Source of the DNA: Spirochaetia bacterium
GTDB lineage: Bacteria; Spirochaetota; Spirochaetia; SZUA-6; Bin103
Direction of reading: 5' to 3'
NCBI GenBank assembly: GCA_965203905.1
Contig: CBDBDQ010000005.1
Span: 3,680,001 to 3,744,000 of the forward strand
DNA length: 64,000 nucleotides
Shown here: piece by piece, positions 1 through 10,448 of the stretch
Numbering within the stretch: the stretch's first letter is position 1
Layout of the letters: the number at the start of each line of letters is the position of its first letter
Notes under the pieces: model-generated
What the model was told of the DNA's origin: nothing
Databases searched by the model: none
Seen by the model: the letters and a program-made list of their open reading frames with translations, nothing else
Made by a program: the position numbers and the translations under genes

Positions 1-831
1 TTCGGCTCCGCCATCCCGCGCCTGCTGCCGTTTCCGGGGGAGGTGGACGGCGGCGAGATCGTCCTGGAGGGCGAGAATCTCCTCACCAAGAGCGAGGAGG
101 AGATGCGCGAAGTGCGGCGCCACAAGGTCGCGGTCATCTTTCAGGACGCCACCGCCTCGCTCAACCCGGTATTCAGAATCGGCCAGCAGCTCGCATCCAG
201 CATCCAGGCTGCCAGCCGGCTCGGTTCCCGGGAGACCAGGACGGAAGTGGTGCGCATGTTGTCCGAGGTGGGCATCGCCGATGCCGCCAAGGTGGCGCGC
301 CAGTACCCGCACGAGCTGAGCGGGGGCATGCGGCAGCGGGTGGTGATCGCGATCGCCCTGGCGCGCAGCCCGCGGCTGCTGATAGCCGACGAGCCCACGT
401 CCAACCTGGACGTCACGATCCAGGCGCAGATCGTGGACCTGATCATGGCGCTGCGCGAGCGCATGCGCATGTCGATCATCCTCATCGCCCACAGCATGGG
501 CCTGGTGGCCCAGACCTGCGACCGCGTCGGCGTCATGTACGCCGGCAACCTGGTGGAGGTCGGCAGCACGGTCGACGTGTTCAAGGAGCCGCAGCACCCC
601 TACACCCGCGGCCTGCTCGAAGTGGCCGCGCTCACCGAGGAAGAGGGGCAACTCCGCACCATCCCCGGGGTGGTGCAGATTGCGCATACCAGGGAGGAGC
701 GCTGCAGCTTCTCCGAACGCTGCGGTCTGGCCCGCAGCCGGCCGAGCGAAGCGCAGGTGTGCGTGGAGCAGCGGCCCGGCCTGCGGGAGACCGGGGACGG
801 GCATCGCGTCGCCTGCCACCTGTACGCCTGA
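1..831 (+). CDS. Oligopeptide/dipeptide ABC transporter ATP-binding subunit (OppD/DppD-like), 5' end outside window
   Basis: Q-loop IFQD, signature LSGGMRQR, Walker B LLIADEPT and C-terminal HPYT...C..RC...C...VACH; reading frame open from base 1. Confidence 0.93.
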   Translation, partial: FGSAIPRLLPFPGEVDGGEIVLEGENLLTKSEEEMREVRRHKVAVIFQDATASLNPVFRIGQQLASSIQAASRLGSRETRTEVVRMLSEVGIADAAKVARQYPHELSGGMRQRVVIAIALARSPRLLIADEPTSNLDVTIQAQIVDLIMALRERMRMSIILIAHSMGLVAQTCDRVGVMYAGNLVEVGSTVDVFKEPQHPYTRGLLEVAALTEEEGQLRTIPGVVQIAHTREERCSFSERCGLARSRPSEAQVCVEQRPGLRETGDGHRVACHLYA

Positions 832-837
832 ATCGCC

Positions 838-1962
838 ATGCCGCGGCCAGCTTCCCAGGACCCCCGCCCCGACCACGACCCCGCGCGGCCGCGGCGCGGC
901 AGGCTCGACCCCGCTGACTCCAGCTCCTCGGCGAGCCAGCCCGGCAAGCTCCTGGAGGTGCGCAATCTCACGAAGCACTTCCCGATCAAGGAGGGAATCC
1001 TGCAGCGCGTGCGGTCACACGTCCGCGCCGTCGACGGGGTGAGCTTTGCCATCGAGCGGGGCCGCACGCTCGGACTGGTCGGCGAGAGCGGCTGCGGCAA
1101 GACCACCTGCGGCCGCTGTGTGACCGGCATCCACGAGCCGACCGGCGGCGAGATCGAGTTCGACGGACGACCCACCGCCGGGCTCACCCGCAGGCAGATG
1201 GGCGCCCGCATGCAGATCGTGTTCCAGGACCCGTATTCCTCGCTCAATCCGCGCAAGACCATCCACCAGATCCTGAGCGATCCGTTCAGGATCCACATGG
1301 AGCTCACGGAAGCCCAGATCCGCGAGCGGGTCGTGCACCTGCTGCAGCGCGTCGGGCTGGAGGAGGAGCACCTCGACCGGTATCCGTACGAGTTCAGCGG
1401 CGGGCAGCGGCAGCGTATCGCCATCGCGCGCGCCATCGCGGTGAACCCGGCGTTCCTGTTCCTTGATGAACCGACCTCGGCACTCGATGTCTCGGTGCAG
1501 GGGCAGATTCTCAACCTGCTGCGGGCGATCCAGGACGAGTTCGACCTCGCCTACCTGTTCGTGACCCATGACATCCAGGTGGTCAGGTACATGGCCGACG
1601 ACGTCGCGGTGATGTATCTCGGCAAGATCATGGAGACAGGTCCCAAGGAAACGATATTCGACGACCCGCGCCACCCCTATACCAAGGCGCTGTTCTCCGC
1701 GGTCCCGGTGCCGGATCCGGAGTCGAAGTCCGCCCGCATCGTGCTGCAGGGCGAGACGCCAACTCCCATCGACCCACCCGCCGGCTGTCGCTTCAACCAG
1801 CGCTGCTGGGCCGCGGAGCCCGGTCGCTGCGACGTAGACGAGCCCGCCCTGCTGGCGCCAGCCAACGCCTCCGCCGCGGCCGGCCGGCACCGGGTTGCCT
1901 GTCACTTCCGAGACCAGGACCTGCGACCCGCAAGCGGCTCGATCAGCCTCGGCAGCGCGTGA
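838..1962 (+). CDS. Oligopeptide/dipeptide ABC transporter ATP-binding subunit (OppF/DppF-like)
   Basis: [30 protein letters not shown] and a C-terminal Cys cluster. Confidence 0.94.
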   Translation: MPRPASQDPRPDHDPARPRRGRLDPADSSSSASQPGKLLEVRNLTKHFPIKEGILQRVRSHVRAVDGVSFAIERGRTLGLVGESGCGKTTCGRCVTGIHEPTGGEIEFDGRPTAGLTRRQMGARMQIVFQDPYSSLNPRKTIHQILSDPFRIHMELTEAQIRERVVHLLQRVGLEEEHLDRYPYEFSGGQRQRIAIARAIAVNPAFLFLDEPTSALDVSVQGQILNLLRAIQDEFDLAYLFVTHDIQVVRYMADDVAVMYLGKIMETGPKETIFDDPRHPYTKALFSAVPVPDPESKSARIVLQGETPTPIDPPAGCRFNQRCWAAEPGRCDVDEPALLAPANASAAAGRHRVACHFRDQDLRPASGSISLGSA

Positions 1963-1974
1963 TATGGTGCGTGC

Positions 1975-3096
1975 TTGGCCATGATCATCGACAGCCATGC
2001 GCATGCCGGGGTGCGCTCGGAGCTCGACTGGGACTTCGCATCCGTCGCGGAGCACCGGGCGTATGACCAGCGGCTGCTGTGGACCCGGCTGAACATCGGC
2101 CGCAAGCTGGAGGTGCGGCGCTGGGACGACGACAGCGTGGTCGAGGACGGATGGGCGACGCTCTGGGATCCCCGGTATCCGACCAGCTGGGAGGGCCGGC
2201 GCGACGTCAACCTGAGGATCGCGGTGGAGAAGGCCGACGAGTGGCACGCCAATCACCTGCCGCCCACGTTTGCGTGGGAGTACGACGGCCAGCAATACTA
2301 CGCCGCGGGACCGCTGGTCCTGTCGCACCTGAAGGCGGCCCCGCCGGAGTTCCTGGTGCAACTCATGGACCAGGTCGGGATCGACAAGGCGGTGCTGCAT
2401 TGCCTCGATCCGCTCAACAAGTACTTCGCGCGTCTGATGCTGGAGTATCCGCAGCGCTTCATCGGCCTGTGCCGAATCGAGGAATCGACCGCGTACACCG
2501 ACAAGGGGCTGGAAGCGCTGCGGGTCGCGGTGGAAGACCTGGGGCTGATGGGGATGTATCACGAGCCACTGCCCGGCTGGGAGGGCTACGAGGACTTCCA
2601 CACCGACAAGTACGACCCATTCTGGCGCGAGGTGGAGCGGCTGCGGTTCCCGCTGTACCTGTTCGGCTGCTTCTACCGCACCTTCGACCAGGCACTGCCG
2701 CGGCTGCAGGCGCTGCTGAAGAAGTTCCCCGGCCTGACCATCATCCTGGTCCACGGCCTGCCGCCGTGGTACATCAAGGACGGCATCCCCGCCGCCGCCC
2801 GCGACCTGGTGCAGGATCACGACATCTACCTGGAGCTGCTGCCCAAGATCCTCTACTACGGCGAGCAGGACGAGATCATTCGGCGGGTGTTCGACACCTT
2901 CGGACCGGAGAAGCTCGTCTGGGGCTCCGAGTTCGTGACCTACAATGTCACCGGCCCTCCCTTCACCGCGGAGCGCTACCGGGAGCATCTCCGCTACCTG
3001 GAACGCCGCTGCGACTACCTGTCGCAGGACGACCTGGACCTGATTCTGGGTGGCAACCTGGATGCGGTCTTCAGCGCATACGGCGCCAGCCGCTAG
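1975..3096 (+). CDS. Amidohydrolase family protein (Amidohydro_2-like)
   Basis: N-terminal IIDSHAH metal motif, MDQVGIDKAVL, YPQRFIGL, FGPEKLVWGSE and ILGGN. Confidence 0.8.
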   Translation: MAMIIDSHAHAGVRSELDWDFASVAEHRAYDQRLLWTRLNIGRKLEVRRWDDDSVVEDGWATLWDPRYPTSWEGRRDVNLRIAVEKADEWHANHLPPTFAWEYDGQQYYAAGPLVLSHLKAAPPEFLVQLMDQVGIDKAVLHCLDPLNKYFARLMLEYPQRFIGLCRIEESTAYTDKGLEALRVAVEDLGLMGMYHEPLPGWEGYEDFHTDKYDPFWREVERLRFPLYLFGCFYRTFDQALPRLQALLKKFPGLTIILVHGLPPWYIKDGIPAAARDLVQDHDIYLELLPKILYYGEQDEIIRRVFDTFGPEKLVWGSEFVTYNVTGPPFTAERYREHLRYLERRCDYLSQDDLDLILGGNLDAVFSAYGASR

Positions 3097-3112
3097 GAGA
3101 ATCTGGGAAACG

Positions 3113-4576
3113 ATGTCGGATACGAAGGCCCTGCCAGTTTTCTCGGACAAGCAGTTGTTTCTGGACGACTACATCATCGATCGCCTGGAGGGCGTGTCGA
3201 GAAAGCTGAACCAGCCGCTCAAGGATCCCGGCAATCCACTCGTGGTGCGCGACAGGCCGTGGGAAGGAATGCTGATCATGCACGGCACGGTGCTCTACGA
3301 CCACGACGAGCGCATCTACAAGATGTGGTACCAGGACATTCTCAAGGAATTCGTCAGTGCCTCGCTGCCGTCGAGCAACGTCGCGATATGCTATGCAACC
3401 TCGCCCGACGGCATCCGCTGGGAGAAACCGGAGCTGGGGGTGTACGACTACTGCGGAGAGCACGACAACAACATCGTGTGGATGCCGCCGGCCTCGTATC
3501 CCACGCCGTGGATGGAGCCCGGAAGCATCATCAAGGACGCTGCCGAACCGGACCCTGAAAAACGCTACAAGACGGCCAACTGGATCTACTTCTTCCGCGA
3601 GTACAACCACGACTACGGCCCCAACTTCTACGTTTCCACCTCGCCCGACGGCATTCACTGGCACGGTCTGACCAACATCGTCGACCTGCCGTCCGGCGAT
3701 GCCGGCTACATCAGCTACGACCGGAACACCGGCCGGTACGTCGGCATAACCCGCAGCTATCCCAACCTGCCCGGGTTCGACGCTACCTGGATGCGGGCCC
3801 GGACCATCTGCTGGAGCGACGACCTGAAGACGTGGACCAGGCCGCAGCTCATTCTGGCGCCGGACGAGCACGACTCCCCCGACACCCAGTACTACAAGCT
3901 GTCGATGCAGGCGTACGAGGGCGTGTACATCGGGGTGCTGGCAATCTTTCGGACCGAAGCGCAGACCATCGACCAGCAACTGGTGACCAGCCGCGACGGC
4001 CGCATCTGGAGCCACGTCGCGGAGCGCCAGACGTTCCTGCCGCTCGGTCCTGAGGGGAGTTGGGACAGCAAGTTGATCATGACCGTCGCCCAGCCGCCCT
4101 TCGTGATCAAGGACGAGACCATCGCCATTTACTTCGACGGCGACGACCTCCGTCACGATGTCGCGATGCGCAACGTCGCCACCACCGGCAGCGACCGCGC
4201 CATCGGCCGGGCTACGCTCAGGCGCGACGGCTTCTGCTCGCTTGACGCGGGCAGCCGCGAGGGGACCTTCACCAGCAAGCCGTTCCTGTTCACCGGCAAC
4301 GCATTGGTCATCAACGCCGAGACCAGCGGCGAGGGCTACGTGGCGGCCGAGATTCTCGACGCCGCCGGCAACGTGATCGAGGGGCTGTCGCGGCACTTCT
4401 GCTACGAGTTCCGCGGCGACGAGGTGCGCCACGTGGTGGCCTGGAAGGCGAATCCGGAGGGCCGGGTCGAGGGCAAGATCGCCTACCTGGCCCGTTCGGC
4501 GATGGCCTGGGGGCGCGAGATCAGGCTGCGCCTCCACCTCAAGCAGGCCAAGCTGTATTCATTCCAGTTCGTGTAG
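3113..4576 (+). CDS. Five-bladed beta-propeller glycoside hydrolase-like protein
   Basis: Repeated SxDGxxW boxes, KQLFLDDYII N-terminus, YKMWY and LRRDGF; ATG at 3113 preceded by a purine-rich stretch. Confidence 0.65.
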   Translation: MSDTKALPVFSDKQLFLDDYIIDRLEGVSRKLNQPLKDPGNPLVVRDRPWEGMLIMHGTVLYDHDERIYKMWYQDILKEFVSASLPSSNVAICYATSPDGIRWEKPELGVYDYCGEHDNNIVWMPPASYPTPWMEPGSIIKDAAEPDPEKRYKTANWIYFFREYNHDYGPNFYVSTSPDGIHWHGLTNIVDLPSGDAGYISYDRNTGRYVGITRSYPNLPGFDATWMRARTICWSDDLKTWTRPQLILAPDEHDSPDTQYYKLSMQAYEGVYIGVLAIFRTEAQTIDQQLVTSRDGRIWSHVAERQTFLPLGPEGSWDSKLIMTVAQPPFVIKDETIAIYFDGDDLRHDVAMRNVATTGSDRAIGRATLRRDGFCSLDAGSREGTFTSKPFLFTGNALVINAETSGEGYVAAEILDAAGNVIEGLSRHFCYEFRGDEVRHVVAWKANPEGRVEGKIAYLARSAMAWGREIRLRLHLKQAKLYSFQFV

Positions 4577-4591
4577 CGGAAGGGGGCGGCG

Positions 4592-4891
4592 GTGACCAAG
4601 GCTTACGTGTTGATTCGCACGTCGGTTCCCTACGAACCGACCCACTCGCAAAAGGTGGACGCCGAGCCGCAGGGCCCCGGCCTCTCTTCGTTGCGCGTCA
4701 TCGAGTCGCTGATGAAGGTCGGCGGGGTAGTGGACGCGACTCGCATCCTGCAGACCTCGGGCATCAAGGACCTGTTCGACGTGGTGGCGATCGTCGAGGC
4801 CGAGGATGCGGCCGAGATCCGGCGCATCGTGGCGGAACAGATCCAGCCGATCCACGGGGTGCGCTGGACCAACACCGCGATCCCGATCTAA
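4592..4891 (+). CDS. Stand-alone Lrp/AsnC ligand-binding-domain protein
   Basis: KAYVLI...FDVVAIVEAED...IQPIHGVRWTNT pattern; no HTH. Confidence 0.65.
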   Translation: MTKAYVLIRTSVPYEPTHSQKVDAEPQGPGLSSLRVIESLMKVGGVVDATRILQTSGIKDLFDVVAIVEAEDAAEIRRIVAEQIQPIHGVRWTNTAIPI

Positions 4892-5754
4892 ACGCGTCCC
4901 GGAAACGAGCGCCCGCACACCTGCTTGAACGGCGGCATCTCGGGGGCGCCCACCACCGCGGGGTTGCGCCAGGTGGTGGCGCGCATGTAGTGGACGGCAT
5001 AGCCGCGGCGGCGCCGGCCCGAGGTGTTGGCGGAGCTGCTGTGCAGGACAAGGCTGTGGTGGAAGCTGACGCTGCCGGGGTGCAGCGGCACGTGCACGAT
5101 CGGCCATGCCTCGCCGCCGAGGTCGGCGTCGAACGGTTCCACGTCGTCGGGACGGATGCCGGCGTGCGGCTCCTTGCCGACCAGCCGGCCCCAGCGGTGG
5201 GTGCCGGGGACGAAGCGCAGGCAGCCGTTCTCCTCGGTGGCATGGTCGATGGCGGTCCAGGCCGTCACCAGGTCCATCGGAAACATGTCGCACCAGGAGG
5301 CAGAGTCCTGGTGCCAGGGAATCGCCGAGCCCCGCTCCGGCGGCTTCATGAAAAGCTGGTCGCCGTACATCTTGATGTCGTCGGTAGCGAGCAGGTCCCT
5401 GACTACCTCCACGATCTTGACGTTGGTGGCGTGGCGCCACATGACGGCGTCGCGCACCGCCAGGTTGAACAGCTTGAAGATCGATAGCACGCGCTCCCGC
5501 TCGCGTTCAGATTCCGCCGCGGTCTCGTAGCCCTCCTCGAACCAGGTGCTGTCCTCCGGGATGTGGCCCGCCTTCCCGGCCGCGATCAGGTCGCTGTGGC
5601 GTCGCAGGCGCTCCACTTCCTCCATGCCGAGCAGGTCCTCGACCACGAGGAACCCATCGATCCTGAACCGGGCGACCTGGTCGGCGGTCAGCCGATTCAG
5701 TGCCACCGGCGGTGAACCCGGTAGTGCCGTCTGCGCGTTTCTACCATCGAACAT
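4888..5754 (-). CDS. Phytanoyl-CoA dioxygenase (PhyH) family Fe(II)/2OG dioxygenase
   Basis: PWHQD HxD motif, ENGCLRFVPGTH and LHSSSANTSGRRRR; start uncertain. Confidence 0.88.
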   Translation of the reverse strand: MFDGRNAQTALPGSPPVALNRLTADQVARFRIDGFLVVEDLLGMEEVERLRRHSDLIAAGKAGHIPEDSTWFEEGYETAAESERERERVLSIFKLFNLAVRDAVMWRHATNVKIVEVVRDLLATDDIKMYGDQLFMKPPERGSAIPWHQDSASWCDMFPMDLVTAWTAIDHATEENGCLRFVPGTHRWGRLVGKEPHAGIRPDDVEPFDADLGGEAWPIVHVPLHPGSVSFHHSLVLHSSSANTSGRRRRGYAVHYMRATTWRNPAVVGAPEMPPFKQVCGRSFPGRV

Positions 5755-5814
5755 TGGTTTACCACCGGTGCCGTGGTATAGCAACAGTCCGCCACGACAC
5801 CGATCAACTGGCGG

Positions 5815-5849
5815 TTGACGTGACTATCTGATGGCCATAATATGGTCAC
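5815..5849 (+). promoter_or_regulatory. Sigma70-like promoter with overlapping palindromic operator for the TA pair (leaderless)
   Basis: TTGACG-17bp-TAATAT-6bp-ATG; inverted repeat GTGACTAT...ATGGTCAC. Confidence 0.55.
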
Positions 5850-6092
5850 ATGCGTGGGATCACCATTGCCAGGCTCAAGGCAACGTTGAGCGCCGAGCTG
5901 CGGCGAGTCCGCGCGGGCGAGCGGGTCACGGTGCTCGATCGCACCACGCCGGTGGCGCTGCTGGTGCCGATTCCCGACGCGGTTCGGGTAGTGCGGGCCG
6001 CCGAGGGCCCCTATTCCTACCGGCAACTGCAGCCCCTAATGGCGCGCGATCCGTTGCGGCACCTTGACGAGGAGCGGGCCGAAGCGTGGTAG
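5850..6092 (+). CDS. Phd/YefM-type antitoxin
   Basis: ITIARLKATLSAELRRVRAGERVTVLDRTTPVALLVP; overlaps the PIN gene. Confidence 0.85.
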   Translation: MRGITIARLKATLSAELRRVRAGERVTVLDRTTPVALLVPIPDAVRVVRAAEGPYSYRQLQPLMARDPLRHLDEERAEAW

Positions 6093-6499
6093 CGTACCTT
6101 GACTCTTCAGTTTTGCTGCGTCACATCCTGCTGGGTGAGGAGCCGATCAGGCATGCCCTGGCGTTCCCGCGCGTGGTGTCGAGCGAGCTGATCGAGATCG
6201 AGTGCCGGCGGGTGCTGCACCGCTGCCGCCTCGCCGGCGAGTTCGACGACGAGGCCCTGGCGGTGGCGCGCGAGCGGCTGGACGCCGTGCTGGCCGGGAT
6301 CGATCTCCTGGAGCTGTCGGCGCAGATCAAGCAGCGGGCGATGGATCCGTTTCCCGTACACGTGCGCACCCTCGACGCGCTGCACATCGCGACTGTCCTC
6401 GCGGTGGCGGCGGACGGCGGTGGGACCGCACTGTTCTCACACGACAAGGGTATGAACGTGTGCGCCAGAAGTCTCGGCATCACGGCAGCCTTGGCCTGA
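6086..6499 (+). CDS. vapC: PIN-domain VapC toxin
   Basis: YLDSSVLL, E..E and RTLDALHIAT PIN motifs. Confidence 0.88.
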   Translation: MVAYLDSSVLLRHILLGEEPIRHALAFPRVVSSELIEIECRRVLHRCRLAGEFDDEALAVARERLDAVLAGIDLLELSAQIKQRAMDPFPVHVRTLDALHIATVLAVAADGGGTALFSHDKGMNVCARSLGITAALA

Positions 6500-6546
6500 T
6501 CAGCCCTGGCCGATGGCCGCGGTGGACGGCTTCGATCGAAGTTGGA

Positions 6547-6984
6547 TCACTCCGGCGAATCTGGCCCGGGCGGTCGCGGCGCAGCAGGTTCCATGACCGT
6601 CAGTTCGCTGAAGTAATCGCGCAGATAGCCACGATCACGGGCCAACAGGCGGTCGGCGTGGACCTGCGCGTGGGCACCGATGAGAAAGTCCGGCACGACC
6701 CGCCCCGTGGTTCCTCCGCGTTCCAGGTACCGCGCAAAGTGCTGGCCGGCCAACACCGCGGCTGCCTCGCTGCCGGGCACGAACTCGATGCCGAGATCGC
6801 GGAGCATCTCGGTCAACTCCGTGTCCGACTGCAGTGCAGGTCTGGTTTCCGCGACAACGCATTCGCAGACGATGAGGCGGCCCTCGCGTCGGGCACGCCG
6901 CAGGGCCTCCACGGAAGCAGTCGCGTGCAGCGCGTCGTCAGTGATGACGTCGAGCACCACCGAGGTATCTACTGCGGTGGTCAT
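6547..6984 (-). CDS. vapC: PIN-domain VapC toxin
   Basis: MTTAVDTSVVLD, VVAE, PDFLIGAHA and RDRG. Confidence 0.9.
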   Translation of the reverse strand: MTTAVDTSVVLDVITDDALHATASVEALRRARREGRLIVCECVVAETRPALQSDTELTEMLRDLGIEFVPGSEAAAVLAGQHFARYLERGGTTGRVVPDFLIGAHAQVHADRLLARDRGYLRDYFSELTVMEPAAPRPPGPDSPE

Positions 6985-6986
6985 TT

Positions 6987-7220
6987 CTATCGAATGCGCG
7001 CCAAGTAGGCGTCTACCGCTTCGCCGTGCGGCAACCGACCGCGGCCGCGCCACTTGAGCAGCGGGTCCTCGGAATCCCGCTTCTGCGCGATCAGATTCCC
7101 TTGCACTGCCGCGACTTCGAGCACGGTCCCGGGGCGGATGCCAAGCGACTCTCTAAGTGCCTTGGGAATCGTGATCTGGCCCTTCTCCGAAACGGTAGTG
7201 CGATGACGCCTCTCTTTCAT
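6987..7220 (-). CDS. AbrB/MazE-family antitoxin
   Basis: VSEKGQITIPKALRESLGIRPG; TTTACT-17-TACACT promoter 6 bp before the ATG. Confidence 0.88.
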   Translation of the reverse strand: MKERRHRTTVSEKGQITIPKALRESLGIRPGTVLEVAAVQGNLIAQKRDSEDPLLKWRGRGRLPHGEAVDAYLARIR

Positions 7221-7358
7221 ACGTGCAGTGTAGATATTCTTACCTGTGCAGTAAACCAGTAGGGTATAATCGCGATGACAGCCGGTTGTCGGCAAGGCTG
7301 CAGTACCGCCATCGCGGCCTTGACTATCGGATGGCAACCGTGTCTGCTCAGATCGCTG

Positions 7359-8198
7359 ATGTCGGACGCCGTAATGAATGCACGGGTGCTGAGCTTCTAT
7401 CCGCTCGGGGCACCTGCCCTGCGGGTACTGAGCGCGGCGCAGATCAGGCAATTCAACGAGATGGGCTATCTGTTCCCGCTGGAGGTGTTCGACTCGCAGG
7501 AAGTGAAGGCGATGCGTGCCTACTGCGACGACCTGTTCGCCAAGGCGGTGGCCGCCGGGCACGGCAGTTACGGCATCAACGGCTGGCACTGCCACTGCGC
7601 CGGCCTCTACGATCTGAGTACCGAGCCGCGCATTCTGGATCCGGTGCAGGACCTGCTGGGCGAGGACTTGGTGCTGTGGGGCACCCACTTCTTCCTCAAG
7701 GAGCCGGGCGACAGCAAGCGGGTGAGCTGGCACCAGGACGCCTCTTACTGGCCGCTGTCGCCGAGCAAGACCGTTACCGTGTGGCTGGCGATCGACGACG
7801 CCGACGCCGGCAACGGCGCCATGCAGGTGATCCCGCGCTCCCACGTCAACGCCCAGCTCGCCTACAAGCGCAGTTCTGCGGAGGAGAACAACGTGCTGTC
7901 GCAGACCACGCTGGACGCCGAGGAGCAGGGCGATCCTCCGGTAACGATCGCGCTGCGCGCCGGGCAGGTGTCGCTGCACACCGACTGGCTGATCCACGGC
8001 TCGGAGCCGAACCGCTCGTCGCGCCGGCGCTGCGGGTTGACCCTGCGTTTCACCGCCGCCGACGTGCGCGCCCTGAACCCGGACTGGGCAACGCGAAGCG
8101 TGATCTGCCGTGGTCGCGACACCTCCGGCCACTGGGCCGACATCCCACGCCCGACGGGCGAGCTCATTCCCCCACCGCGCCGCACCTCTGAGCGTTGA
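7359..8198 (+). CDS. Phytanoyl-CoA dioxygenase (PhyH) family protein
   Basis: SWHQDASYWPL, NGAMQVIPRSH and HGSEPNRSSRRR; start uncertain (7275-7377). Confidence 0.88.
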   Translation: MSDAVMNARVLSFYPLGAPALRVLSAAQIRQFNEMGYLFPLEVFDSQEVKAMRAYCDDLFAKAVAAGHGSYGINGWHCHCAGLYDLSTEPRILDPVQDLLGEDLVLWGTHFFLKEPGDSKRVSWHQDASYWPLSPSKTVTVWLAIDDADAGNGAMQVIPRSHVNAQLAYKRSSAEENNVLSQTTLDAEEQGDPPVTIALRAGQVSLHTDWLIHGSEPNRSSRRRCGLTLRFTAADVRALNPDWATRSVICRGRDTSGHWADIPRPTGELIPPPRRTSER

Positions 8199-8221
8199 CG
8201 TGCGCCCGAGTTCTCCCTTGG

Positions 8222-8584
8222 CTATGAAATGACCACGGCGCCGCCGGGCGCGACTTGAATGCTCAGGTGGTAGCCGTGTAGAAGAGACATGCCGACAAGA
8301 GGATCGCATTCGGCCTCGTCCACGGCAGTCCGTCTCCACATGTTGTCCCAGGAAACGGTTCCTTCGTAGATATCGAACAGGCTGTCACTCCCATCGGCCA
8401 GTACGGCGCGCCCCCGCCGACGCCAGACGAGGCCCAATTCATGAATGAGTGCTGCTGGGAGCGTCAGGAAGCCGTTGAATCCCGTGTCGACAACCGCGTC
8501 GATCTGTCGCGTCACGTTCGCGGGCCCTCGCACAACCAGAGAGACAGCGGCCTCACGGTAGGCGTTGACGCGTCCGGTCAGCAT
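8222..8584 (-). CDS. Clan AA (retropepsin-like) aspartic protease
   Basis: VVDTGFNGFL, LADGS and PLVGMSLL motifs. Confidence 0.85.
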   Translation of the reverse strand: MLTGRVNAYREAAVSLVVRGPANVTRQIDAVVDTGFNGFLTLPAALIHELGLVWRRRGRAVLADGSDSLFDIYEGTVSWDNMWRRTAVDEAECDPLVGMSLLHGYHLSIQVAPGGAVVIS

Positions 8585-8856
8585 CCTCCAGTCGCCCGAT
8601 AGTGAGGTCCGAGCCGCCGAGCGTAACGAGAGCCAACGCGAACTGTCCACATTTGTGCATTGAGGTTGCGGGCGAGAAGCCGGTCAGATGCAGCCAGCTC
8701 ATCCTGATCAATCTCGTAGGCTCCGGATTCAATGTCGATCACGACGAACTTTCCCTCATCCTCGGGACTGACCCGTGGCCCGACGACTTCGTGGTAGATT
8801 GCGTCGCCGCGCCGTGCGAATTCCTCTTTGCTGTACCGAGGTTCTGGTATACGCAT
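8578..8856 (-). CDS. Small protein paired with the aspartic protease (DUF5678-like)
   Basis: RGDAIY...GKFVVIDIESGAYEI...RVG; overlaps the protease start. Confidence 0.7.
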   Translation of the reverse strand: MRIPEPRYSKEEFARRGDAIYHEVVGPRVSPEDEGKFVVIDIESGAYEIDQDELAASDRLLARNLNAQMWTVRVGSRYARRLGPHYRATGGC

Positions 8857-9019
8857 CCTGCGTCCTCCTCACGTAACGCTGCGGGTAGCAATAACGGCTC
8901 ATGGTACCACGACGCGCCCGGTGGGCGCGGATTGCTGGGCCGCCGCAACCGGCCGCCCAGCGATCCGGCCGTGCCAGACCGGTAGCTGGGCAGATGCCGA
9001 ACGCGTACACTTTCGGGCC

Positions 9020-10171
9020 ATGCGTATCGAGCCGCGCCGCCTCACCTCGGGGCCGGCGCACCACTTCTTCGGCTACTACGGCATCAACGTCTGGGATCGC
9101 ACCCGCCGTTACCACCTGGCATTGGAAACCGACTTCCACCGCCGGCCGCCGACACCCGAGGACCGCGCCCGCGTCGGCCTGGTGGACGCGGAGAGCGGCT
9201 CCTTCACGGTGCTGGCCGAGACCGGCGCCTTCAACCTGCAGCAGGGCAGCATGTTGCACTGGATCGACGCCGGCCGCGGCGAGGAGCTGACCTACAACAC
9301 CTGGCAGGGCGAGAGGGTGGTGTCGCACGCGCGGGCGCTGCACGGCGGCGCCACGCGCACCCTGGAGGCCCCCGTGGCGGCAGTGACCGCGGACGGCCGC
9401 GCCGCGCTGGGCCTCAACTACGCGCGCATGTACCACTGCCGCTCGGTGGTGGGCTACGCCAACGACACCGACCCGGCCACGCTGGCGATCGCCCCCGAAG
9501 ACGACGGCCTGTACCGCATCGACCTGGCCAGCGGCCGTGCCGACCTCGTGGTCTCCCACGCCCAGGTGATCCGCGCCGCGGCGCTGCCGGAGCCACCGAC
9601 CGGCCTGGTGTGGTTCAACCACGTGATGTTCAACACCGACGGCTCGCGGGTGATGTTCCTGTGCCGGATGCGCCGCCGCGGTGAGAAGGGGCTGCGCACT
9701 TCGCTGTGGACGGTGCGTCCCGACGGCAGCGAGCTGTCGCTGCAGATCGGCTTCGACCACAGGATCTCCCACTTCGCCTGGCCTGACCCCGACCGCCTGC
9801 TGATCTCCACCGACCTGCTCGGCACCATGCAGTTCATCACCTTCACCGTGGACCAGGGCGACTTCACGCCGTTCGGCGGCGGCGTTCTGCCCGCGGACGG
9901 CCACGCCTGCTTCTCCCCCGACGGCCGCTGGCTGGTGTGCGACACCTACCCGCAAGGCAGCGAGCGGATATCACAACTGATGTTGTACGAGATGGCCACC
10001 GGCCGGCGCGTGGACCTCGGCGGCATGTACTCCGAGCCGGTGTTCACCGACGACGTACGCTGCGACCTGCACCCGCGCTGGCACCCCGACGGCCGCTCGC
10101 TGACCATCGATGCCGTCCCCGACGGCAACCGCCAGATCTACCAGTACGACGTCGCGTTCATCGTCGGCTGA
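9020..10171 (+). CDS. Beta-propeller protein (oligogalacturonate lyase/TolB-like)
   Basis: HHFFGYY, NLQQGSML, FNHVMFNTDG, GHACFSPDG and CDLHPRW. Confidence 0.7.
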   Translation: MRIEPRRLTSGPAHHFFGYYGINVWDRTRRYHLALETDFHRRPPTPEDRARVGLVDAESGSFTVLAETGAFNLQQGSMLHWIDAGRGEELTYNTWQGERVVSHARALHGGATRTLEAPVAAVTADGRAALGLNYARMYHCRSVVGYANDTDPATLAIAPEDDGLYRIDLASGRADLVVSHAQVIRAAALPEPPTGLVWFNHVMFNTDGSRVMFLCRMRRRGEKGLRTSLWTVRPDGSELSLQIGFDHRISHFAWPDPDRLLISTDLLGTMQFITFTVDQGDFTPFGGGVLPADGHACFSPDGRWLVCDTYPQGSERISQLMLYEMATGRRVDLGGMYSEPVFTDDVRCDLHPRWHPDGRSLTIDAVPDGNRQIYQYDVAFIVG

Positions 10172-10281
10172 CTTCCCCGGCGATCCGAAGCAGACTGGCC
10201 GACTGCGCTCATGGCCTTGCGCTCGGTCGCGTCAGGGCTGTCACCGCGGCTCGCCCCTTGGCCGTTGCCATGGTGATGCCA

Positions 10282-10441
10282 GATGCCCCGGCCCCAAGCC
10301 TCTATCATCCCGGCCCGCAAGAACGCATGGGCGATTCCCGGATTGTACGGTATCGAAGCGTGCTCCTCGGTCAGCCGCTCGACCGACCAGCTTGTAGCTG
10401 ATCGGGTTGGGGTAGGGATCGAACATTTGATTCTCGCTCAC
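10282..10441 (-). pseudogene. Remnant containing a C-terminal HATPase_c_4/RecG-C-like fragment of an AlbA ATP-binding protein
   Basis: Minus strand reads VERLTEEHASIPYNPGIAHAFLRAGMIEAWGRGI, joined out of frame to a short unrelated N-terminal stub (VSENQMFDPYPNPISYKL). Confidence 0.6.
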
Positions 10442-10448
10442 GAGATCC

